Shown: positions 9,228-19,037, counted from the first letter of the stretch. The stretch: 64,000 nucleotides of DNA from an uncultured Acidobacteriota bacterium (GCA_913043225.1 CAJWLU010000013.1:24051-88050); one strand, 5' to 3'. Notes: a model not told the origin generated them from the letters alone. Numbers and translations: made by a program.

Positions 9228-10150
9228 TGGCGGTGAAACGTCCTCCGCTCACGCCCGGTAGCGACGGCGATCCACTGGACGACGTCCGCGTCCGCCTGGA
9301 GCGGATCGAGTCGGCACTCGAGAAACTGAAGCGGACCGACCAGCTGGTGCAGGCGCTGGCCCGTCGGCTATATCTCGACGGGGTCGACCTGCCGCCGCGC
9401 AAGCAGCTTCGGTCGCACCGGTTCGGGGTCATGTCGCAGAACGGCGAAGACGGACTGCTGTTGGAGCTGTTTCGCCGGATCGGTGTCGAACGGCGGCGCT
9501 TCGTCGAGATCGGGTGTGGCGTCAACGGCGGGAACTCGGGGTTTCTTGCGCAAGAGCTGGGCTGGTCGGGACTGATGGTCGACGGAAACCCCGGGGCGGT
9601 GTCCAAGGTCGAACTCAAGTTCGCCAGCGAAGACATCAAGGCCGAATGTCACTTCGTGTCGCCAGAGACCATCAACGAGATCATCGAGACGGCTGGGCTT
9701 GCCGGTGAGATCGACCTGCTGAGCATCGACATCGACGGCAACGACTTCTGGGTCTGGGACGCGACGACGGTCACGAACCCCCGGGTCGTCATCATCGAAT
9801 ACAACCACCTGCTGGGTCGGACCGCGGCCGTCACCATTCCATACAACCCCGAGTTTCGCCTCAAGAACGCGCCGACCCGTGCCTATCGTGGAGCCTCGCT
9901 GGAGGCGATGGTGCGACTGGGGCGCCGTAAAGGCTATCGCCTGGTGTCGAGCGAGCGGATCAATGCGGTTTTCCTCCGTGACGACATCGATTCGGATCTC
10001 CCGACCCTTGAGACGCGCGAGGCATACCAGGCCCCGGCCAATAGTGGGAGAGACGTCTACAAGAAGATCGGTGATCACGGGCTCACGCTGGTGTCGGTCA
10101 ACGAAGACGGGACTCTGGCCGAGCCGGTGCCGGCGGAGCAGGTTCGATGA
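9227..10150 (+). CDS. Coiled-coil + FkbM-like methyltransferase (paralog 2)
   Basis: SQNGEDG, EIGCGVNGGNSG, DLLSIDIDGNDFWVW. Confidence 0.75.
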   Translation: MAVKRPPLTPGSDGDPLDDVRVRLERIESALEKLKRTDQLVQALARRLYLDGVDLPPRKQLRSHRFGVMSQNGEDGLLLELFRRIGVERRRFVEIGCGVNGGNSGFLAQELGWSGLMVDGNPGAVSKVELKFASEDIKAECHFVSPETINEIIETAGLAGEIDLLSIDIDGNDFWVWDATTVTNPRVVIIEYNHLLGRTAAVTIPYNPEFRLKNAPTRAYRGASLEAMVRLGRRKGYRLVSSERINAVFLRDDIDSDLPTLETREAYQAPANSGRDVYKKIGDHGLTLVSVNEDGTLAEPVPAEQVR

Positions 10151-11712
10151 AGGCCCTGTTCGTCCTCCAGTATCCGGGCTACCTCCGGTACTTCGACTCG
10201 GTGATGGAGGAGCTTGCCATCCGAGGACATACGGTGGCGGTGGCGTTCGACCAGCCGCACAAGCAGCCCGAAGGGATGGTGGCGCTCGAGGGGATGCCGG
10301 CCGCGATCGAGGTACTGGACAGGGTGCCCGCCCGTCCAGATGTCTGGGCACCGGTGGCCCGCGGCGTGCGCGGCACCATCGACTATGCCCGGTATCTGCA
10401 TCCACGTTACGCCGATTCGCCGTACCTGCGCGATCGGATGAAGAAGGCGTTGCCGTTCCTGACCCGGTGGCTCGGTCGATGGACCACCGGTACCGAGGCC
10501 TGGACCCGCCGGCTGGTGCGCTGGCTTCAGCACTGTGAGCGGGTTATCCCGAGTCATCGGCAGCTGGAGCAGTTCCTCGAGCGCGTCGCCCCGGACCTCG
10601 TGGTCGTCTCGCCATTAGTCACCGACCAGTGTCCGCAGGTCGACATCATCAAGGCCGCCCGGCGGATCGGAGTGCCGAGCGTGCTGGGGGTGGCGTCCTG
10701 GGATCACCTGACCACCAAGGGGTTGATGCGGATTCAGCCAGATCTGGTGGCCGTCTGGAATCCGGATCAGCGGGACGAGGCGCTGACGTTTCATGACGCC
10801 GATCCGGCTCGCATCGTGGTCACCGGTTCCCAGTGCTTCGACCGCTGGTTCGACCGGTCGCCCAGCTGCGACCGGGCCGCGTTCTGCGCGCGCGTCGGCG
10901 TGCGCCTGGACCGTCCGTTCATCGTGTTCGTCGGATCGACCGCCTCCATCTCGTCGCCCGAGGCCGAGGTCGTGTTCGTCAGGAGGTGGATCGCGGCGGT
11001 AAGGCAGGGGCCCGGGTCACTTGCCGACGTCGGCATTCTCATCCGGCCGCATCCCTACAATGCCAAGCACTGGGGCGATGTCGACCTGTCGGGCTACCAG
11101 AACGTGACAGTGTTTCCGCGTCACGGGGCCAATCCTGTGAATGATGACGATCGGGCCGACTACTACGACACGCTCCATCACGGGGCAGCGGTCGTGGGCA
11201 TCAATACCTCGGCCATGATCGAGGCCGGCATCCAGGACCGGCCGGTCTTCACCATCGTCGATTCGTCCTTCGACGACACGCAGACCGGGACCCTGCACTT
11301 CCGCTACTTGCTTCCAGAGTGTGGCGGGCACCTCCAACACGCGACGGATCTGGCGACTCACGCCGCGCAACTGTCGGCCACCATCGATGACGGGGTCGCG
11401 CCATCGTCTTGTGGGTTCATCGAGCGTTTCGTCCGACCGCATGGACTGGAAGAACCGGCGACCCCCAGGCTCGTATCCGCGCTCGAGGCACTCGAGGGGA
11501 CGACGTCCGTGGCTCCGGAGACTGCCGGGCTCTGGCTCCAGCCGCTCCGGCTGGGGCTGTGGTGCGTTGCGGTTGTGGCGAGTCGTAAGAAGCTGAAGAA
11601 ACGGTTCTCGAGGTTCGGCTATGACATGGCGGTGCGGGTACGCGCCCGACTTGGGCTGCGTCGCCGGACGGTCGATGCGCCAACGCCGCCCGAGCCGCCC
11701 GCGGTAACCTGA
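10147..11712 (+). CDS. GT-B fold transferase (paralog C)
   Basis: SWDHLTTKG, IRPHP, GINTSAMIEAG, TQTGTLHFRYLL; closely similar to the N-terminal half of the 6552 gene. Confidence 0.7.
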   Translation: MKALFVLQYPGYLRYFDSVMEELAIRGHTVAVAFDQPHKQPEGMVALEGMPAAIEVLDRVPARPDVWAPVARGVRGTIDYARYLHPRYADSPYLRDRMKKALPFLTRWLGRWTTGTEAWTRRLVRWLQHCERVIPSHRQLEQFLERVAPDLVVVSPLVTDQCPQVDIIKAARRIGVPSVLGVASWDHLTTKGLMRIQPDLVAVWNPDQRDEALTFHDADPARIVVTGSQCFDRWFDRSPSCDRAAFCARVGVRLDRPFIVFVGSTASISSPEAEVVFVRRWIAAVRQGPGSLADVGILIRPHPYNAKHWGDVDLSGYQNVTVFPRHGANPVNDDDRADYYDTLHHGAAVVGINTSAMIEAGIQDRPVFTIVDSSFDDTQTGTLHFRYLLPECGGHLQHATDLATHAAQLSATIDDGVAPSSCGFIERFVRPHGLEEPATPRLVSALEALEGTTSVAPETAGLWLQPLRLGLWCVAVVASRKKLKKRFSRFGYDMAVRVRARLGLRRRTVDAPTPPEPPAVT

Positions 11713-11718
11713 GACGGC

Positions 11719-12780
11719 ATGGCTGCCGGTGTGGATCCCAGCATCGAGGGCGTAGACAGCGCTTGGCTCGAACGTCTCGACACGCTGCGCGAGTCGGGCG
11801 CGTATCGATCCTATCTCCGTGTGCGGCGGGAGGTCCTTTCGTTGCTGTCGCTCGGTCAGAACCGGAGAATGACCGGTCACGCGCCGAGTGACTACTGGTC
11901 GGGTGAGCTGTCGCGGTTCGAGTACATGCTCGACGCGTCGCCGCTAGTCATTGAACAGCTGCGACACCATACCCATAATCTGACGGGCTTGCTGCCCCAG
12001 CACTATCGGGAGAGTCTCGAGAGCAAGAAGACCCAGTTCGCCGAGAAGCTCGCCGCGCTGCGGAAGCTGGACGAAACCGGCGTCTGGGTTCCCGAGGCGA
12101 GACAGTTGGGGGGCTTCGGATTCGACATCGACGGCGAGCTGGTCAATATCGATACGCTCAAGTTCTACGAGGTGCTGATTGCCCTGGAGCAGGGAGCGGT
12201 CCTGGGTGAGATGCGGGAAGCGACGGACCGGAAACTAGTCTGGGAGATCGGTGCAGGATGGGGTGGCTTCCCGTATCAGTTCAAGACCCTCTGTCCAAAC
12301 GTGACCTATGTGATCACCGACTTCCCGGAGTTGTTCCTGTTCTCGGCCACCTACCTCATGGCGGCGTTCCCGGAGGCGCGAGTTCGCTTCTACGGCGAGG
12401 TGCCCGCCGAAGAGACGTTCATGGGCTGGCAGGAGCTCGATTTTGTCTTCATTCCCGATATGTTCCACGCTGCGGTCAGACCCGAGCGTGTGGACCTAAC
12501 GATAAACATGGTGTCGTTCCAGGAGATGACGACCCAGCAGGTCGAGACTTACGTACGCCGTGCGCATGCGCTCGACTGTCAGTATCTCTACAGCCTCAAC
12601 CGTGACCGTTCACACCACAATCGAGAGCTCAGCAACGTACGCTCGATCCTGTCGCAGTACTACTGGCCTCGTGAGGTTCCGATGCTTCCGGTCAGCTACA
12701 CCAAGATGCTGGATGCCAATCCCGACATGCCGGGGCGGGGCTACAAGCACGTGGTCGGGTGGCGTCGGGTCCGTACATGA
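11719..12780 (+). CDS. Putative sugar O-methyltransferase (NanM-like family)
   Basis: WEIGAGWGG SAM motif, YVITDFPE, INMVSFQEM, YLYSLN. Confidence 0.7.
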   Translation: MAAGVDPSIEGVDSAWLERLDTLRESGAYRSYLRVRREVLSLLSLGQNRRMTGHAPSDYWSGELSRFEYMLDASPLVIEQLRHHTHNLTGLLPQHYRESLESKKTQFAEKLAALRKLDETGVWVPEARQLGGFGFDIDGELVNIDTLKFYEVLIALEQGAVLGEMREATDRKLVWEIGAGWGGFPYQFKTLCPNVTYVITDFPELFLFSATYLMAAFPEARVRFYGEVPAEETFMGWQELDFVFIPDMFHAAVRPERVDLTINMVSFQEMTTQQVETYVRRAHALDCQYLYSLNRDRSHHNRELSNVRSILSQYYWPREVPMLPVSYTKMLDANPDMPGRGYKHVVGWRRVRT

Positions 12781-14993
12781 GCACCGCCCGGGTCGTGATC
12801 GGCGCGCCGCTGTACAACCATGCCGACGAGCTGGGAGAGGCGGTCGAGTCGCTGCTCCTCCAGACCCACCAGGACTTCCGGTTGGTGTGCGTCGACGACC
12901 AGTCGACCGACGGCACCGAGGAGGTGGTGCGGGATTACTCGGTGCTCGATTCCAGGATCACTTACACCAAGAATCCTCGTCGGCTCGGGATGATCGGGAA
13001 CTGGCGTCGCGCGTTCGAGCTCGCGCTCGAGGCCGAACCGGACGCCGAGTATTTCGCCTGGGCCAGCGACCACGATGTTTGGCATCCGCGCTGGCTCGAG
13101 ACGCTGGTGCGGGTGCTCGACGAGCGGCCAGAGGTTGTCCTGGCCTATCCGCGGAACTGGCGGATCGGCCCCGATGGGTTGATGACCGACAAGCGGCCGT
13201 GGGAGTTCGATACCACCGGCGTCGAGAATCGGCGCGACCGGTTCCGGCGGACGATGCGACACATGTCGGCCGGCAACATGATTTATGCGCTCGGCCGCGC
13301 CGATGCGATCCGCCGGGCCGGTATCTTCCGGCACGTGCTGGTGCCGGATCGACTGCTCCTGATGGAGCTCTCGCTCGAGGGGCAGTTTCACCAGGTCTCG
13401 GAGATGTTGTGGTTTCGACGGTGGTATGGACCGATCTTCAGCCTTGGTCGCCAGCGTCGCGCCTTCTTTCCGGACGGGCGCCCGCTCTACGCCTACCTGC
13501 CGTGGTGGATCGGTCATGCCGCGTCGCTGACCTGGACCCTGGGCGTCCGGGCCGAGCGGTCACCCGAGATCGGCCGAGTCACCGGGGCGCGCCTCGGGGC
13601 GCGTTATCTCTGGCTGGCTGGGTTCCTGCATGCGCGGCAGCAGCTCAAGCAGGTGAGAATTGACATTCTGGAGCGAGCAGTTTTTCTCAAGCCGCTCTAT
13701 ATCCGGGCCCGTGGTACCTGGCGGGGAATCGAGCGGCGGCGAGCCGACACGGCCAAGCGATGGCGCCGATCGTTTGGTAGCTCAGAGAAGCGCCGGAAGC
13801 TACTGCAACGCGTACGAGATGGGGCGAAGAAACGAGTGAAGCGGATCGTTTTTCCGGTGGGCCGGGCGATGCTGCAGGGGATTCGCGCCCTGCCGCTGAT
13901 GCGTAGCGTGGTGGTGCCCTGGCTGGCGCGGGAGGAGATCGATCAGGTGCCGTCCGGGCCAGAGGTCTTCGCCATGCGAAAGACCATCAAGTTGGCCGCC
14001 CAGGGCGATGCGCCGATCGTGGTTGGTCCCTGGTTGTCCGAAGTCGGATTCGAGGTGCTCTACTGGATCCCGTTCCTGGCGTGGGCCGTCGAGGAGTTCG
14101 AGATACCGCCCGAGCGTCTCATCGTCGTGTCGCGGGGTGGAGCCCACGTCTGGTATCGGGACATCGCGGCGCACCACGCGGACATCTTCGACATGATGAC
14201 CGTCAAGCAGTTCCGCAAGCGGAACGAGGCCCGCTGGGCCGATGGTGGCAATCAGAAGCAGATGGCTCCGGCCGCTTTCGACGAGTACATCGTGAAGCTC
14301 GTTCAGGAACGCCGTGGTCTCGAGGACGTCAACGTTCTGCATCCGTCCGTCATGTATCGGCTCCTGCGCTACTACTGGTACGAGAAGGGAGCGATCAGCC
14401 TACTGAACAAGCACACCGTGTATAGGCCGCTCCCGGCCGTCGAGACCGAAGAGGTCGCACGGGTGCTGCCGAGCGAATATGTAGCGGTACGATTCTATTT
14501 TCGGCCCTCCTTCCCGGATACCCCAGAGAATCGTGCACTGGTCGGACGCGTGATCCGCAGTCTGGCTCGGCGCGCGCCCGTGGTCCTGCTCAACACGGGG
14601 CTCAGCCTCGACGACCACGAGGACTTTCATCCCGACACCGGGATGGGGATCCACAGCATCGAGCACCTGATGACGCCGAGCCGAAACCTTGCGGTGCAGA
14701 GTGCGGTCATTGCCGGTGCCCGCATGTTCGTCGGCACCTACGGTGGGTTGTCGTATCTCGGGCCGTTCTACGGCGTGCCGGCCATCGCGCTCTTCTCGAA
14801 CGAAGCCGAGCTCGTGGCGACCCACGTCGACGTCTCCCGGCGCCTGTCGCGCCGGCTTGAGGCGCCGCTCGTTACGCTCGACGTTCGAGAGGTGGCGGTG
14901 CTGCAGATGCTCTTCGATACCCTGGATCTGACTCCCGCTACTGGCGCTGAGGCGGTAGACTCCGCCCAGCCCAAGACCGAGCACCCTTCATGA
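12777..14993 (+). CDS. GT2 glycosyltransferase + shared C-terminal domain
   Basis: IGAPLYN, VDDQSTDGT, WASDHDVW (GT-A fold); VVGPWLSEVGFEVLYWIPF domain from ~14013; ATGA overlap with the upstream gene. Confidence 0.8.
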   Translation: MSTARVVIGAPLYNHADELGEAVESLLLQTHQDFRLVCVDDQSTDGTEEVVRDYSVLDSRITYTKNPRRLGMIGNWRRAFELALEAEPDAEYFAWASDHDVWHPRWLETLVRVLDERPEVVLAYPRNWRIGPDGLMTDKRPWEFDTTGVENRRDRFRRTMRHMSAGNMIYALGRADAIRRAGIFRHVLVPDRLLLMELSLEGQFHQVSEMLWFRRWYGPIFSLGRQRRAFFPDGRPLYAYLPWWIGHAASLTWTLGVRAERSPEIGRVTGARLGARYLWLAGFLHARQQLKQVRIDILERAVFLKPLYIRARGTWRGIERRRADTAKRWRRSFGSSEKRRKLLQRVRDGAKKRVKRIVFPVGRAMLQGIRALPLMRSVVVPWLAREEIDQVPSGPEVFAMRKTIKLAAQGDAPIVVGPWLSEVGFEVLYWIPFLAWAVEEFEIPPERLIVVSRGGAHVWYRDIAAHHADIFDMMTVKQFRKRNEARWADGGNQKQMAPAAFDEYIVKLVQERRGLEDVNVLHPSVMYRLLRYYWYEKGAISLLNKHTVYRPLPAVETEEVARVLPSEYVAVRFYFRPSFPDTPENRALVGRVIRSLARRAPVVLLNTGLSLDDHEDFHPDTGMGIHSIEHLMTPSRNLAVQSAVIAGARMFVGTYGGLSYLGPFYGVPAIALFSNEAELVATHVDVSRRLSRRLEAPLVTLDVREVAVLQMLFDTLDLTPATGAEAVDSAQPKTEHPS

Positions 14994-16108
14994 TTCTCGA
15001 AACCGACCAACTGAAGCAGTATCAAGGTAAGGTCGCGATGGTGGACGGCGCGTTCGACCCACTCCACCACGGCCATATCGCATACTTCCGCAAAGCCCGC
15101 GAGCTGGGGGTGCCGCTGCTCTGCAACATCGCGCCAGACAGCTATGTCTCGCAGAAGCATCCGCCGTTGCTTGATGCCTCGCGGCGGGCCCAGGTAATCG
15201 ATGCCCTCGCGGATATCGACTACACCCACGTCAGCACCACCACCACCGAAACGGTGCTGCGCCAGTTGCATCCCACGCATTACGTCAAGGGCAAGGACTG
15301 GGAGGGCCGACTGCCGCCAGAGCAGGAACAGATCTGCGCCGAGCAGGGGACCGAGATCGTGCTCCTGGACACCGTGCTGGATTCATCGACACAGCTGCTG
15401 CAGCGATGGACACCAGTGGCCGGAAACGGGGACGGCGAGGTGGCGGCGTTCGAGCGTCTGGTGTCTGAGCAACGTCCGGTTGAGGCCGAGCATTACGACA
15501 GTGACTACTTCGTGAGCGACTGGCGCGAGGGACAGAACGACTACACCATCGAGGCCCGCCGGAAAATCGAGGGGAAGCATCCCCAGGTCATCAAGAGAGT
15601 GTTTCAGCCGGATCGCGTTCTGGATGTCGGGTGCGGGCCGGGCGCGCTGCTGTTTCTGTTGCAGGAACAGGGCATCCTGGCCGACGGCGTCGATTTCAGT
15701 CCGAGCGTGCGGTCGTTGGCGCCGGAAGAGGTTCGGGAACGTCTCATTATCGGCACCACCTCCGATGCTAGCCTCTTTGCTGACAACAGCTACGACCTGG
15801 TGATCTGCCGCGAAGTCATGGAGCATCTCACGGTGCTGCAGGTCAGAGACACTGTGCGCAACCTCTGCCGCATCAGTTCGCGATACGTGTATGTGACGAC
15901 CCGTTTTCACCCTGAGCCAGCCGGTCTGCTCGACGTGACCACCCAGTTCGAGGTGGATCCCTCGCACATCACGCTATTGAACAAAGATTTCTTGCGGGTG
16001 ATGTTCGTGCTCGAAGGGTTCCGGCGTCGACAGGATCTGGAATCGACCATCGACTGGATGGGTAAGGGGCGCGTGTTGGTGTACGAGAAACAGGAGGGTG
16101 CAGCGTGA
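14990..16108 (+). CDS. Cytidylyltransferase (TagD/RfaE-II-like) fused to a class I SAM methyltransferase
   Basis: GAFDPLHHGH (HxGH) and YVKGKDW; then VLDVGCGPG and YDLVICREVMEH. Confidence 0.8.
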   Translation: MILETDQLKQYQGKVAMVDGAFDPLHHGHIAYFRKARELGVPLLCNIAPDSYVSQKHPPLLDASRRAQVIDALADIDYTHVSTTTTETVLRQLHPTHYVKGKDWEGRLPPEQEQICAEQGTEIVLLDTVLDSSTQLLQRWTPVAGNGDGEVAAFERLVSEQRPVEAEHYDSDYFVSDWREGQNDYTIEARRKIEGKHPQVIKRVFQPDRVLDVGCGPGALLFLLQEQGILADGVDFSPSVRSLAPEEVRERLIIGTTSDASLFADNSYDLVICREVMEHLTVLQVRDTVRNLCRISSRYVYVTTRFHPEPAGLLDVTTQFEVDPSHITLLNKDFLRVMFVLEGFRRRQDLESTIDWMGKGRVLVYEKQEGAA

Positions 16109-17076
16109 GCGAGACCGGGGCGCAGGTGCCGGTCGACGGCGTGCTAGGGTATCACCTCAACCCGCTGACGTGTGGCGTTGCCAAGTTCAACGTGATGCTG
16201 GCTCGGCGTCTAGACGTCCAGATGTTCGGGCTCTTTGACGAGCGAACGGCGACGCTCGGGCACCCGCTACTGTCGCTTAAGCTGTCCGAGTTCAGCGACA
16301 CTGACATGTCGGTGCTGGCGTCAATGGTCGAAACCGTCAGCTGGCGTCGGCGCTTCAGTCTGTTCCTGCACGCCTGGTCGGATACGCCGGTTGAGCAGCT
16401 CCTCCTCTCGCGCGCGGCCACGGTGTACTGCGGGAACGCCGAGCTGGTCGCCCAGCTGCGCGCCAGACGGTCTGATGTCGAGCAGTCGTGGTGTCCGTCG
16501 ACCCTGCTCGAGCCGCAACGGTTCAAATCGGCTGGCTTGTCCGTTTTTGCGTTCGGGATGGCGCACAAAGTACGGTCGGAGCTCCACAGCACCGTCCACG
16601 CGCTCCTTGAAGCGACCGGTCAGCCCTACTCCGTCTATCTGTCAACTGCCCTGCACGAAGGCACCGCTTTCGACGAGCGGTTCACCGTGGTCTTCGACGA
16701 GTTGCGAGAGATCTACGGAGATCACATCTACTTCCTTGGGTACATGTCCGACACTGCGGTGTACAACTACCTGATCGACACTACCTTCTTTGCCGCGTTC
16801 TTCGACAATGGGGTCAGGGCGAATAACACCACGGTCAACGCAGCGATGGAATGCGGGTCTGTCGTCATCACGAACCTCGACGAGCATTCGCCGGCCGAGT
16901 TCCGACATCTGCACAATGTGATTGATATCAACCGATGCGACACGCTCCCGACCGACGAGGTGGTGCTGGGGGCGCTGGCGCGTCATGCCCGGGAGACGGC
17001 GGCCGGTGCGCTCGGATGGGATGCGCTGGTCGGGCGGCTTCGGGGCGGTGACCCGGCCCAAAACGGAACCTTGTAG
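16105..17076 (+). CDS. Hypothetical protein, possibly a divergent GT-B glycosyltransferase
   Basis: CGVAKFN near the N-terminus; FLGYMSD and NAAMECGSVVITN resemble a GT4-type C-terminal domain. Confidence 0.5.
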   Translation: MSETGAQVPVDGVLGYHLNPLTCGVAKFNVMLARRLDVQMFGLFDERTATLGHPLLSLKLSEFSDTDMSVLASMVETVSWRRRFSLFLHAWSDTPVEQLLLSRAATVYCGNAELVAQLRARRSDVEQSWCPSTLLEPQRFKSAGLSVFAFGMAHKVRSELHSTVHALLEATGQPYSVYLSTALHEGTAFDERFTVVFDELREIYGDHIYFLGYMSDTAVYNYLIDTTFFAAFFDNGVRANNTTVNAAMECGSVVITNLDEHSPAEFRHLHNVIDINRCDTLPTDEVVLGALARHARETAAGALGWDALVGRLRGGDPAQNGTL

Positions 17077-17139
17077 CCTTTAGCACAGACCGACTGCGAG
17101 TCTGCCGGAACGCCGGCTGGCTCCCAGCCAGGAGGACAT

Positions 17140-18189
17140 ATGTCACGTGAGCTGAAACTGGGGAGTCATGTCGTCAACGACGAGAGCCCCGCGTATGTCA
17201 TTGCCGAGGTGGGCCACAACCACCAGGGCAAGATGGAGACCGCCAAGGAGATGTTCCGGCAGGCCCAGGAGTGTGGGGTGAGCGCGGTCAAGCTGCAGAA
17301 GCGGGACAACCGTGGGCTTTTCACCGAGGCGATGTTCAACAAGCCGTACGACCACGAGAACAGCTTCGGGGTGACTTACGGTGAGCATCGCGAGTTTCTG
17401 GAGTTCGACAAGGACCAGTATGTCGAGCTACAGCAGTTTGCCGCAGAACTGGGCCTGGACTTTTTCGCGACGGCGTTCGATCAGGCCAGCGCCGACCTGC
17501 TGGCGTCGATTGACCTGCCGGCCTACAAGGTGGCGTCGGCCGATCTGCGCAACATTCCGCTGCTCAAGCACATTGCCGAGGTCGGCAAGCCGATGCTGGT
17601 CAGCACCGGCGGCGGGACTCTGGAAGACGTCCAGCGAGCGTATGACGCCATCATGCCGATCAACACGCAGCTCTGCATCATGCAGTGCACGTGTGGCTAT
17701 CCGGCCGAGTTTGGCGAGTTAAACCTGCGCGTCGTCGAGACCTATCGCCAGCAGTTCTCCGACATCGTGGTCGGTTACTCCGGGCACGACAACGGGATCT
17801 CGATGCCGGTGGTGGCCTACGTCCTCGGGGCTCGGGTTATCGAAAAACACTTCACCTTGAACCGCGCGATGAAGGGTACTGACCACGTCTTTTCACTTGA
17901 GCCGGTCGGGATGCGGAAGATGACCCGTGATCTGGAACGGGCCCGCCAGAGTTTGGGAGACGGTCAGAAGGTGGTCTACGCAAGCGAGGAGGCTCCGGTC
18001 GTCAAGATGGGGAAGAAGCTCGTAGCGGCGAGGGATCTCCCGGCCGGACACGTGGTGACCGAGGCCGATATCGCGATCAAGTCGCCGGGTGACGGCATTC
18101 CTCCGGCGCAGATGGACAGGGCCGTGGGCAAGTCGACGACCGAAGCCATGACAAAGGACTCCGCCTTTTCGCTCGATATCCTCAGATGA
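17140..18189 (+). CDS. neuB: N-acetylneuraminate/nonulosonate synthase family with C-terminal SAF domain
   Basis: IAEVGHNHQG, AVKLQK, YKVASAD, GYSGHD, IEKHFTL, GTDH, KSPGDGI; strong AGGAGG RBS. Confidence 0.93.
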   Translation: MSRELKLGSHVVNDESPAYVIAEVGHNHQGKMETAKEMFRQAQECGVSAVKLQKRDNRGLFTEAMFNKPYDHENSFGVTYGEHREFLEFDKDQYVELQQFAAELGLDFFATAFDQASADLLASIDLPAYKVASADLRNIPLLKHIAEVGKPMLVSTGGGTLEDVQRAYDAIMPINTQLCIMQCTCGYPAEFGELNLRVVETYRQQFSDIVVGYSGHDNGISMPVVAYVLGARVIEKHFTLNRAMKGTDHVFSLEPVGMRKMTRDLERARQSLGDGQKVVYASEEAPVVKMGKKLVAARDLPAGHVVTEADIAIKSPGDGIPPAQMDRAVGKSTTEAMTKDSAFSLDILR

Positions 18190-19004
18190 AACGAATTGAT
18201 CCCTATCGGCTCGACGGGCAGGTTGCCGTCGTCACCGGGGCGGGGGGACGTCTCGGGCCGGTTTGGCTTGGTTGTCTGCTGGAGGCAGGGGCCCGTGTGG
18301 TTGCGCTGGACCTAGAGCGGGTTCCGGCCACCGAGGCTTTGCAGACGCTGCTCGACGACGCCCCCAACGACAGCCTGCTGCTCCATGCCGACGTTCTCGA
18401 CCGAACGTCGCTCGAGCGGGCACGCGAGACGGCCGCGGCCCGGTTCGGAGTCCCGTCTGTGCTGGTGAACAACGCCGGGATTGATCAGCCACCGTCGGCC
18501 AGCGGAGCCGTGTCCTATCGCATGGAGGACGTGCCGCTCGATGCGGCCAGACTCATTCTCGAGGTCAACACGCTTGGCACCTTCCAGACGTCACAGGTGT
18601 TCGGCGCTGCCATGGTGGCGGCGCGACGTGGGTCGATCATTAACATCGGTTCGCTGTATGCGAGCGTGTCGCCGGATCTGAGGTTCTACGACCACGTGCC
18701 GCTCGACCCGCCTTTCCTCAAGCCGCCCGTCTATGGGGCGTCAAAGGCGGCGGTGGTCAACCTGACGCGGTATCTAGCTACCGTGTGGGGGCCATATGGC
18801 GTACGGGTGAACACGCTGTCGCCCGGCGGGGTTGAGGGGGGACAGGATCTGGAATTCAAACGCAAGTTCAACGAGCGGGTCCCGTTGGGCCGGATGGCCG
18901 AGTTCAGCGATCTCACCGGTCCGCTCACGTTTCTAGCCTCAGACGCGTCGTCCTACGTCACCGCGACCGAGCTACGCGTGGATGGCGGATTCACGGCGTG
19001 GTGA
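18186..19004 (+). CDS. SDR family oxidoreductase
   Basis: TGAGGRLG, NNAG, YGASK, DGG. Confidence 0.9.
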   Translation: MKRIDPYRLDGQVAVVTGAGGRLGPVWLGCLLEAGARVVALDLERVPATEALQTLLDDAPNDSLLLHADVLDRTSLERARETAAARFGVPSVLVNNAGIDQPPSASGAVSYRMEDVPLDAARLILEVNTLGTFQTSQVFGAAMVAARRGSIINIGSLYASVSPDLRFYDHVPLDPPFLKPPVYGASKAAVVNLTRYLATVWGPYGVRVNTLSPGGVEGGQDLEFKRKFNERVPLGRMAEFSDLTGPLTFLASDASSYVTATELRVDGGFTAW

Positions 19005-19037
19005 GGCACCTCTCAGCCGCCTGGAGTCTGTGACCGC

